Both the position numbers and the translations under genes were made by a program. The notes under the pieces are model-generated. The model saw only the letters and a list, made by a program, of their open reading frames with translations, had not been told where the DNA came from and searched no databases. Positions 1 to 6,644 of a stretch of 25,184 bases of DNA are shown here, one piece after another (the first letter of the stretch is position 1; each line of letters starts with the position of its first letter). This stretch comes from a virus (Duplodnaviria; Caudoviricetes), in IMG/VR virus record IMGVR_UViG_3300037510_000271, positions 1 to 25,184 of that record, one strand, 5' to 3'.

Positions 1-147
1 TATCACTTCGCATGCCTTCGTCTGCCGTCATATCGCTGGGGATTGGACCTGTACCATCAGAAGAACCGCTGGCTACAGCTCGCGGTCTTCTACCACGGCC
101 GCGACGGCTTTTCGATCAACTGGCTGCCCTGCAGAGAGCAGGACTGA
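1..147 (+). CDS. 3' end of a hypothetical protein (truncated by window edge)
   Basis: Frame 1 is open from base 1 to TGA at 145-147 (YHFACLRLPSYRWGLDLY...WLPCREQD). Co-oriented with the downstream genes. Confidence 0.45.
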   Translation, partial: YHFACLRLPSYRWGLDLYHQKNRWLQLAVFYHGRDGFSINWLPCREQD

Positions 148-160
148 ATTGCTGAGTGCT

Positions 161-349
161 ATGTCCTGCAAACGACACAAGTGGAGCAACGGCCAGATGC
201 GCATGCTGCCATACGTCATCCGCCGCGGCTGCCAGGAAGCCAACGCCGAGATATTCGAGAAGTGCTCGGTGTGCGGTAAAGAGAAGCGGATCACGCTGAT
301 GAATGTTCGGCGGCCGTCGCGACTCACCCCACAGTCATCGCAGACCTAG
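161..349 (+). CDS. Small hypothetical protein with putative Zn-binding motif
   Basis: ATG at 161. CKRHKW and CSVCG motifs give a Cys/His ligand set typical of small phage proteins. Confidence 0.55.
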   Translation: MSCKRHKWSNGQMRMLPYVIRRGCQEANAEIFEKCSVCGKEKRITLMNVRRPSRLTPQSSQT

Positions 350-354
350 TCGGT

Positions 355-462
355 ATGACGTCCCAACCTCCCCCGCTCACCCCTGCCATGCTTCGCCTCG
401 TGCGACTGTTGGCGCGTGCAGCAATGCGCCGGCAGCTTCCGCCGCCGCCAGCAAAGCCATAG
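355..462 (+). CDS. 35-aa basic helical peptide immediately upstream of the integrase
   Basis: Own translation: MTSQPPPLTPAMLRLVRLLARAAMRRQLPPPPAKP*. Fills the gap between neighbours and ends 12 nt before the recombinase ATG. Below the ORF-track cutoff. Confidence 0.55.
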   Translation: MTSQPPPLTPAMLRLVRLLARAAMRRQLPPPPAKP

Positions 463-474
463 ACTGACCGCCCC

Positions 475-1965
475 ATGGACTCCGCGGTCATCTACGCACG
501 CTATAGCACCGAGCGACAATCGGAGACATCGATCGCGGACCAGCTCAGCGTGTGCACCGCCTACGCACAACGCCATGGATTGACGATCTCCCAAACATTC
601 ACCGACGAAGGCATCTCTGGCGCCTCTTTCGGCAATCGCCCGGGCGCCCAAGCGCTCGAGCAGTTCGCTCTTGGCGGCGGATGCGTTGTCATCCTGGTCA
701 CCGATCTGACGCGGCTTTCTCGCAGCAGCGGTGACCTGTCGAAGTTCATCGACCGGATGCGCTTCCGTCGGGTGCGGATCGTCGGTGTCCAAGATGGCTA
801 CGACTCGACTAGCCGGACGGCTCGGATGCAGGCTGGCCTATCCGGCATCATGAGCGAAGAGTTTCGGGCCATGATCGCCGACCGCACGCGGTCCGCGCTG
901 AGCCTGCGAGCCGAAGCTGGGCAGCCCACCGGAGGCCGAGCTTACGGGTACCGGGATGGTGAGACAGAAATCGTGCGCGAGGTTTTCAGCCGCTTCGCCG
1001 ACGGCGAGACGATGAAAGCAATCGTATGCGACCTCAACCGCCGCGGTGTGCCGTCGCCTGGCGCCAGCTGGAAGCGCACGAGCCGCGCGAAGCATGGTCG
1101 GTGGCTGGTGTCCGCCCTCCACGCTCTGCTGCAAAACGAACGATACGTTGGGCGCCTAGTCTGGAACCGGAGCGCCTGGCACAAAGACCCGGACAGTGGC
1201 AAGCGTCGCCGCATCGAGCGGCCGGCATCAGAATGGGTGATTCAAGAGATCGAACCGCTGATCGACCTTGACACGTGGGCATCTGTGCAAGCCAGGTTTT
1301 CGCCCACCGGCTGCGGCCGCGGTGGAGTATCGCGCTACCTGCTCTCAGGTCTGCTCGAGTGCGCTGTCTGCGGTTCGAAGTTCATCGTGTACGGCGGGAG
1401 CCAGCATCGATACATCTGCGGCACACGGCACGCCGGCGGCGAGCATGCATGCTCGAACGGCCTGACCGTCAAGCGGGAAGTCGCTGAGCAGATGATTCTG
1501 AGGCACGTGCTTGACCAGTTGCTATCACCCGAGGCGATCAGTCAGGCCCTCAAGGAAATGCGCTCAGCAGCACGGGAGATGCAGCCATTAGTCGATCCGC
1601 AGATAGCCGAGCTGGAGCGGCTGGTGCGAGAAGGGATCCTGTCACGCGAGATTGCAGCTCCCGCGCTGGCGGAAGCAAAGCGTCGTGCACAACCTATCGT
1701 GACGCCTATTCCCTCAGAACGTCTGTGGCGAGAGACCGTCGAGGGTATGCGCGAAGTCTTGCAGGGAGACGACGTAGCAGCTGGCAGAGAAATTCTGCGC
1801 GATATCCTTGGCCAGATACCGCTGACGCCCGTCGATGATTATCTACGCGCCCGAGTGCAGGCCCAGGAGGTCATGCTGGGTACCGGCACTGGTAGATGGG
1901 TTGGTAGCGGGGGCGCGATAGATGTCTATCTACCGACTAGCACGCGAAAACCGGCGCCAGGGTAA
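475..1965 (+). CDS. Large serine recombinase (integrase): resolvase catalytic, recombinase and zinc-ribbon domains
   Basis: N-terminal YARYSTERQ catalytic Ser motif, DEGISG, DLTRLSR, AYGY, LLQNERYVG, and the zinc ribbon YLLSGLLECAVCGS...YICG...C. Confidence 0.97.
   Translation: MDSAVIYARYSTERQSETSIADQLSVCTAYAQRHGLTISQTFTDEGISGASFGNRPGAQALEQFALGGGCVVILVTDLTRLSRSSGDLSKFIDRMRFRRVRIVGVQDGYDSTSRTARMQAGLSGIMSEEFRAMIADRTRSALSLRAEAGQPTGGRAYGYRDGETEIVREVFSRFADGETMKAIVCDLNRRGVPSPGASWKRTSRAKHGRWLVSALHALLQNERYVGRLVWNRSAWHKDPDSGKRRRIERPASEWVIQEIEPLIDLDTWASVQARFSPTGCGRGGVSRYLLSGLLECAVCGSKFIVYGGSQHRYICGTRHAGGEHACSNGLTVKREVAEQMILRHVLDQLLSPEAISQALKEMRSAAREMQPLVDPQIAELERLVREGILSREIAAPALAEAKRRAQPIVTPIPSERLWRETVEGMREVLQGDDVAAGREILRDILGQIPLTPVDDYLRARVQAQEVMLGTGTGRWVGSGGAIDVYLPTSTRKPAPG
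1891..1934. other. Putative attP-like recombination site within the integrase 3' end
   Basis: Inverted arms GGTAGATGGG (1891-1900) and TCTATCTACC (1925-1934), 8/10 complementary, symmetric about GG at 1912-1913. The 44-bp span fits serine-integrase att site size. Confidence 0.55.
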
Positions 1966-2049
1966 AACCACAATGCAGTCAATCGCTTACGCAAAGATGG
2001 GCTCGCATTGGCGTACAATCGGCGCCACTCCTCTGAACGGAGGTGAGCA

Positions 2050-2256
2050 GTGACGAAGGACGAACAGGACAAGGTGCGTGCGTTCCGGGATACGGTTGAT
2101 CGCTTCCTGACCAGCGCCAGCAACCCAGGCCGCGCGTCTGCGGTTGTCAGCGACAACACGTCTGGCAGCCCCTATCACGATCTTGTGATGGCCAAGATGG
2201 AAGTGGACGCGATGCTATGGGGGCCAACTCCTCAGGAGGGCTCTGAGCATGTATAG
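2050..2256 (+). CDS. Hypothetical protein
   Basis: GTG start with GGAGGT Shine-Dalgarno; 68 aa. A 26-codon ORF (1973-2053) overlaps its start as GTGA. Confidence 0.6.
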   Translation: MTKDEQDKVRAFRDTVDRFLTSASNPGRASAVVSDNTSGSPYHDLVMAKMEVDAMLWGPTPQEGSEHV

Positions 2257-2292
2257 CAAAGGCACAGAAGACCTATAGCCATCGCACAACAC

Positions 2293-2424
2293 ATGAACGT
2301 ACTGAAGCCTATTGCCGACGGCATCAAAGAGAGCTTCGTCCTTGCCGCCAACATCGTTATAGCGATCGTCATGGTCGTCTATTCGTTTGTGACGCGCGCT
2401 GCACAAGAAACTGAACGGGGTTGA
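2293..2424 (+). CDS. Putative 43-aa single-pass membrane peptide
   Basis: Own translation: MNVLKPIADGIKESFVLAANIVIAIVMVVYSFVTRAAQETERG*. One hydrophobic stretch; no clear RBS. Confidence 0.4.
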   Translation: MNVLKPIADGIKESFVLAANIVIAIVMVVYSFVTRAAQETERG

Positions 2425-2487
2425 AGTCACCTGACGAGACGGTCAAAGGTGGAAGTGAAATAACGACACACGCCGTTAGGAACGAAA

Positions 2488-2817
2488 TTGGCAGCGAACC
2501 CAACTGATCAGAAAACACGCGCCCAGCAGCTATATGACGGCATTCTTAGAACCGCCAACCGCTTTTTGTACGAAGCGAAGGGGTTTTCTGTCGAAGTGCT
2601 GAAGTGGGAAGACCCGTCGTTCGCAGAGGTCGCCGCCGTCAGCATCCGCATCGCGGAAATTATTACATTGATTGCTGACGACTTCGACCCAATGATGGGA
2701 CAGAAGGCGACCGAATATTGTGAACTAATGCGAAAGATCGGCGTTGCTATTGAAGAAGACGACCAAGTAGCATTAGACCGAGCACTGGTGGAGTTAGAAC
2801 GGAGGCCAGGCGTATGA
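2488..2817 (+). CDS. Hypothetical alpha-helical protein
   Basis: 109-aa ORF, TTG start after AGGA, globular acidic composition, stop coupled to the next ORF. Confidence 0.75.
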   Translation: MAANPTDQKTRAQQLYDGILRTANRFLYEAKGFSVEVLKWEDPSFAEVAAVSIRIAEIITLIADDFDPMMGQKATEYCELMRKIGVAIEEDDQVALDRALVELERRPGV

Positions 2818-2933
2818 ACAAAGATGCACTCTATGACGAAGCGTTCGCGCTCCTGAAGCACGCCAATGAACTCTTGGATCGGGCGTTCGCCAGCATCAAT
2901 CGGCGCTTAGAAGCAGAGCGCAAAGCGGCGTAG
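2814..2933 (+). CDS. 39-aa helical peptide translationally coupled to the upstream gene
   Basis: ATGA overlap, GGAGG at 2801-2805. MNKDALYDEAFALLKHANELLDRAFASINRRLEAERKAA*. Confidence 0.7.
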   Translation: MNKDALYDEAFALLKHANELLDRAFASINRRLEAERKAA

Positions 2934-2958
2934 TCAGCGGCAGCATTCTGTCAAACCC

Positions 2959-2982
2959 AGCCCCGCTCCGGCGGGGCTTTTC
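2959..2982 (+). terminator. Rho-independent terminator
   Basis: Stem AGCCCCGC / GCGGGGCT with loop TCCG, followed by TTTC ATTT. Confidence 0.85.
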
Positions 2983-3022
2983 ATTTGCAGAACCGCCGGC
3001 TGCCTCCGATCGTTAGGAGGCC

Positions 3023-3334
3023 ATGACCTGCCCCATTTGCCGCGACGAACTCTGGGTCTGCGAAGCACACCCAATGACCCCGCGGGGCGCCTGCGACTGC
3101 GGCGAGCCTGCGATCGCATGCCGATGTAATCCGGCGGAGGATATGCCGCCGGGGACGCGCGAGATATGCTTGATTCATGACGAACCCGTGCATCCAGAAG
3201 CAGCTGAAGTACCACACCCTCGCCTGCCAGGCCGCGATGAGAGCCCTAGAGCCGGGCAAGAGTCGACGCGAGATCCTAAATGCGATGGTGGAGACGAAAC
3301 GCTGGTACCGGATGCATCAGAAGTATGGGGGTAG
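3023..3334 (+). CDS. Cys-rich putative metal-binding protein
   Basis: AGGAGG RBS. CPIC-WVCEAHP-CDCG-CRC pattern in the first 50 aa; low-complexity tail overlaps ORF 3177-3401. Confidence 0.65.
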   Translation: MTCPICRDELWVCEAHPMTPRGACDCGEPAIACRCNPAEDMPPGTREICLIHDEPVHPEAAEVPHPRLPGRDESPRAGQESTRDPKCDGGDETLVPDASEVWG

Positions 3335-3401
3335 CGCGCCCCTGGTGTGGTCTCAGTCGTCGAATCCGTCCGTTGGGAAACCACGCTCTCGAAGCATCTG
3401 A
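3177..3401 (+). CDS. Possible hypothetical protein (overlapping frame)
   Basis: 74-aa helical-looking ORF that overlaps both neighbours; weak RBS. Confidence 0.3.
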   Translation: MTNPCIQKQLKYHTLACQAAMRALEPGKSRREILNAMVETKRWYRMHQKYGGSAPLVWSQSSNPSVGKPRSRSI

Positions 3402-3640
3402 TCGGTAGTCGTCGCGCTCAACCAAAGCGTCATGACGATCTTCTTCGTGGACCCGCACCGGCCGCACGGCAGCAAGTGCAGTAAGTCGCCCACCTTCGTC
3501 TCGGGCGGATAGTCAGCGGCGGTCCTCGTGAGATTCACACGCTCTTGGAACTTGCACTCTTGGCACTGGTAGCAATACGCGAGCTGAGATGCCGCCTCGC
3601 CGAGCGTCAATGCTTCGCCGCTTCCGGGGAAGTATCCCAT
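3353..3640 (-). CDS. Zinc-ribbon protein
   Basis: CQEC ... CGRCGS pair; TGATG coupling to the upstream XRE gene. Confidence 0.75.
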   Translation of the reverse strand: MGYFPGSGEALTLGEAASQLAYCYQCQECKFQERVNLTRTAADYPPETKVGDLLHLLPCGRCGSTKKIVMTLWLSATTTDQMLRERGFPTDGFDD

Positions 3641-3867
3641 CAGCGCAGTTTAGCCATCAGGGCGGCCGGATCCAGATGGAGTGCCTCGGCATACTCCATG
3701 AGCTCAATCGCATCCAACACCAGAATGCCGCGCTCCACCGCACTCACGAAATTGCGATGGCGCCTGAGACGCTTGCACAGCTGCTGCTGAGTCAGCCCTG
3801 CCCTGAGCCTCTCGTCTTTCAAGATTGCTCGCAGACGTTCCTGTCGCTGGGTATAGAGTGATTTCAA
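3640..3867 (-). CDS. XRE-family helix-turn-helix transcriptional regulator
   Basis: LKDERLRAGLTQQQLCKRLRRHRNFVSAVERG...LDAIEL fits the HTH_3 pattern. Confidence 0.9.
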   Translation of the reverse strand: MKSLYTQRQERLRAILKDERLRAGLTQQQLCKRLRRHRNFVSAVERGILVLDAIELMEYAEALHLDPAALMAKLR

Positions 3868-3912
3868 GCAGACGGTCTCAAAAGACCGCCGCTAATAACC
3901 TTACGTTAGGTG

Positions 3913-3931
3913 ATTCACGAAATCAGTGAAT
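3913..3931. promoter_or_regulatory. Palindromic operator candidate in the divergent intergenic region
   Basis: ATTCAC-N7-GTGAAT between the XRE gene and the sigma-4-like gene. A second dyad, CGGTCT-N4-AGACCG, lies at 3873-3888. Confidence 0.45.
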
Positions 3932-3977
3932 TGGCGCAAGATGGCACTATCCACGGAACCACGGGACAGGAGCAGTC

Positions 3978-4355
3978 ATGATGCGACGCATCATAGGCAA
4001 CCAAGCAGCCCAGATGAGTGATGAGCGTCTCAAGCAAATCAGCGAGCTGGTTGCTGCTCGGATGCAGGCATCGCTCGCTCTCGAGGGTGAGCAGCCGGTG
4101 GACTTGAGCCTAATAGCCGACGCAGCTCGGACCGTCACTGAAATCAAAGACCCTGCGCAACGCGAAGCAGTGATGCGATACATCAGTGCCCTGCACGAGC
4201 CTCAGCGGACCATATTTCTGAAACGAAGAGCAGGTTGGAGAGCGAAAGAAATCGCTGCGGCTTGCGGGCTGGAACTAAAATCTGTCTGCGCATCGCTCGC
4301 CAAGATGTACTCCGACTTGAGACAGATCATTAACAGCCAGGAAACATCTGTATAG
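3978..4355 (+). CDS. Sigma-70 region 4 (ECF-like)/LuxR-type HTH protein
   Basis: AGGAG RBS. C-terminal ISALHEPQRTIFL...GWRAKEIAAACGLELKSVCASL matches region 4.2. No recognisable region 2. Confidence 0.75.
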   Translation: MMRRIIGNQAAQMSDERLKQISELVAARMQASLALEGEQPVDLSLIADAARTVTEIKDPAQREAVMRYISALHEPQRTIFLKRRAGWRAKEIAAACGLELKSVCASLAKMYSDLRQIINSQETSV

Positions 4356-4487
4356 CTAACCGACACAAGCTCCAAATGAAGCTAGTGCAGCAATAAATAA
4401 TTGCGCATTACGTCGAAGAAGCGTTTGTGACCAACTGAGACAGTCGATACATTGATGTCACAACTAACAATTCAGGGGAGATGATCG

Positions 4488-5306
4488 GTGAGGGCTTACG
4501 ATGTCGGAGCGTTTGACGGAGCAGACACAGCACATTACCTGTCTCTGGGCTACCGGGTAATCAGTATTGAGGCGTCGCCACTGAAGTGGGAAGAGCTTCG
4601 AGCGAAGTTCGCCAGAGAGATAGCTGACGGGCGATGCGACCTACTGAACATTGCAGTCAGTGAACAGGAGGGCATTCTCCCCTTCTACTTAAGCGAAAAC
4701 CCTCAATGGTCCTCGCTCGATTACAAGGCGGCTACAAAGAACGGGGTGAAGGCAAAAGAAATATCTATCCGCGCGAGACCGCTGCGAGATGTGATTGTCG
4801 AGCATGGAACGCCCGATCTGATCAAGATCGATATCGAGGGGGCGGACTATCAGGCGCTGCGGGGGATGGGAGACGAGTGGCCTGCTTATCTTTCATTCGA
4901 GGCCAGTCAGGATGGGTTCGATGAGGCTGTGATGAGTTTGGTCGCGCGCGGCTACACTCGATTCTCCCTCGTGAATCAGCGAGCAATGCGCCCCGTCAGG
5001 ATCCCCCCCGCGGGTACACTGGGGCATGTCAAATGGTCGACACGGCAGTGGCTAAGATGGCAACTGCGCAAGCATCAATCGCTCCACAAAGCTATCGCCG
5101 GCGCACGATCTAGCATGCAGTGGGCAAAGGGACGGCAGCAGCACCGAATAGATCCGTCGAAAGTCGCAACACTGCACCCAACGCTCATGCCCACCGAGCA
5201 TTCCGTCTGGTACTCGCTGCCGGACTTTCTTTGGCTATGGCGTAACGTTGTGATGGGTGGAGAGATCGACTCGGTTTGGTTCGATGTTCACGCTAGCCGG
5301 AACTAA
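4488..5306 (+). CDS. FkbM-family SAM-dependent methyltransferase
   Basis: YDVGAFDG motif I, RVISIEASP, LLNIAVS and PDLIKIDIEGAD; GGGGAG RBS. Confidence 0.92.
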   Translation: MRAYDVGAFDGADTAHYLSLGYRVISIEASPLKWEELRAKFAREIADGRCDLLNIAVSEQEGILPFYLSENPQWSSLDYKAATKNGVKAKEISIRARPLRDVIVEHGTPDLIKIDIEGADYQALRGMGDEWPAYLSFEASQDGFDEAVMSLVARGYTRFSLVNQRAMRPVRIPPAGTLGHVKWSTRQWLRWQLRKHQSLHKAIAGARSSMQWAKGRQQHRIDPSKVATLHPTLMPTEHSVWYSLPDFLWLWRNVVMGGEIDSVWFDVHASRN

Positions 5307-5800
5307 TGACTCATCTGCTGCTGACGAATCCACGCCTGCAGCGCAGTCAATTGCGCTCGCGTCCGCTCGCAGTCTCCCCCGTACAGAATGAGGGGTCCTC
5401 TAATATCTGCCCCAGCCTGCACAGCTGATCCGAGTTCGGCGGCGGTTGCATCAGGCTGACCGGCGGGATTGGGAACTGCGGGCACTTGGCTACTACGGGC
5501 GGACTTGCACAACCGAACTGCTGGAGAAGGACGGGAAAGCAAATCAGTAATCCTACCCTGGAGATTGTCGCGTTCGGTTTGCCACTCACGGTCTTTTGCC
5601 TCTGTAATTTGCTGAGCCTTTGTCTCGGCCGCTCTCGTCGCCTCATCTGCCTTGCGCACTGCCTCCGCCATCTCGGCCTGAGCACGCCTATATCCGTCCT
5701 GGTCGCATTTGTGGCCGTAGTAAAGAATCGCAAAGAGCGCGACTGCGAGGCCCGCGGCAATAGCTATGATTCGCCAGTTACGGATTAGGCTGAGCCACAT
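5303..5800 (-). CDS. Rz-like inner-membrane spanin
   Basis: Start taken at MWLSLIRNW (5800). N-terminal TM, coiled coil, VRLC, and the C-terminal signature QLTALQAWIR. Last gene of the lysis cassette. Confidence 0.85.
   Translation of the reverse strand: MWLSLIRNWRIIAIAAGLAVALFAILYYGHKCDQDGYRRAQAEMAEAVRKADEATRAAETKAQQITEAKDREWQTERDNLQGRITDLLSRPSPAVRLCKSARSSQVPAVPNPAGQPDATAAELGSAVQAGADIRGPLILYGGDCERTRAQLTALQAWIRQQQMSH
5347..5589 (-). CDS. Rz1-like outer-membrane lipoprotein spanin embedded in Rz
   Basis: Alternative frame inside Rz. GTG at 5589 after GAGG; hydrophobic signal, lipobox-like QFG-C, then Pro-rich CASPPVVAKCPQFPIPPVSLMQPPP. Confidence 0.8.
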   Translation of the reverse strand: MSGKPNATISRVGLLICFPVLLQQFGCASPPVVAKCPQFPIPPVSLMQPPPNSDQLCRLGQILEDPSFCTGETASGRERN

Positions 5801-5814
5801 CGCAAGCTCGCCGG

Positions 5815-5952
5815 CTATTTCAACGGGATGACCTGAACCGCCATCGCGATGGATAACAGGATGACGGCCACCCACAGCGGGCACTTGCCCATGGCAGATG
5901 CGATCGCAGCGATCAACGCGCTGACAACGAGAAAGAACATCACGGTAATCAT
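5815..5952 (-). CDS. 45-aa two-TM membrane protein (holin/antiholin-like)
   Basis: Own translation: MITVMFFLVVSALIAAIASAMGKCPLWVAVILLSIAMAVQVIPLK*; GAGGGG RBS. Confidence 0.7.
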   Translation of the reverse strand: MITVMFFLVVSALIAAIASAMGKCPLWVAVILLSIAMAVQVIPLK

Positions 5953-5964
5953 GGCTTCCCCTCT

Positions 5965-6144
5965 TTAATGCCGATTCTTCACCGAGTACTGAACCAGGAA
6001 TACGAATACGGTATTGATGGATAGAGCTATTTCAGCCGGAACCGTGATCCCGGTTGCTTTCTCAAGCGCCCATACGGCAATGAGACTGATTGCGCCCGCG
6101 AGACCGCCAGCAACGACCTTGCGGTGTGGGGTGGAAGTATTCAT
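5965..6144 (-). CDS. Putative class II holin (59 aa, two TM)
   Basis: Starts directly after the endolysin stop: MNTSTPHRKVVAGGLAGAISLIAVWALEKATGITVPAEIALSINTVFVFLVQYSVKNRH*. Confidence 0.7.
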   Translation of the reverse strand: MNTSTPHRKVVAGGLAGAISLIAVWALEKATGITVPAEIALSINTVFVFLVQYSVKNRH

Positions 6145-6561
6145 TCAGGGCCAAGCTCCTGTTCGAACCATGGTTGCGAGTCGAATTGCGCGCACACCTA
6201 CTTGCTGCGCCCATTTGCTATCGAGCATCGCGGCAGCTGCCAATTCCCATCGGCCTGCTTCGAAGTGCTGTAGCGTTTCTTTGAAGCCGAGCAGACCGAG
6301 ACGCAGGTTAAAGTACATGTCCACCAGTACAGCCTGGCGCACTGGATCAAGATCGCGCGCCCATGGTAGATGAGCGAACAACTCGTTCGTGTGCTCGTGC
6401 AGGTCGTGCTCAAATAGAGCATCGATGATTGGCTCGGGAAGACGTCCGCCCTTGCGCTGATCGATCAGATGACCAATGCCTATCGTGAGATATCCAAGGG
6501 AATCGGAATAGGCGTAAGGAATGCGCCCCTCATGAAGGGCGATCAATTCTCGAACGTTCAA
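6145..6561 (-). CDS. Endolysin, T4-lysozyme-like (GH24) muramidase
   Basis: HEG...YSDSLGYLTIGIGHL (E-x8-D-x5-T triad) and AAAMLDSKWAQQVGVRA. Likely TTG start at 6561 with GGAG RBS. Confidence 0.93.
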   Translation of the reverse strand: MNVRELIALHEGRIPYAYSDSLGYLTIGIGHLIDQRKGGRLPEPIIDALFEHDLHEHTNELFAHLPWARDLDPVRQAVLVDMYFNLRLGLLGFKETLQHFEAGRWELAAAAMLDSKWAQQVGVRAIRLATMVRTGAWP

Positions 6562-6644
6562 TATTTCAGCTCCATACCGCGCTTTCGACGCACCCAACCG
6601 ACCGTGAATGCAGCGATATAGAACACCACGGCCTCGGCGATCAT
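6558..6644 (-). CDS. 28-aa single-TM peptide with basic C-terminus
   Basis: MIAEAVVFYIAAFTVGWVRRKRGMELKY*. ATGA overlap upstream and TTGA overlap with the endolysin start. Confidence 0.55.
   Translation of the reverse strand: MIAEAVVFYIAAFTVGWVRRKRGMELKY

Noticed and set aside
1860-1990. tRNA gene on the minus strand
   Set aside because: Only an acceptor-end-like 13-mer; no T-loop, anticodon arm or cloverleaf.
2050-2424. Possible TAG readthrough or recoding joining ORF 2050-2256 to the in-frame TM ORF 2293-2424
   Set aside because: All long genes are intact under the standard code and several end at TAG in sensible places; no suppressor tRNA seen.
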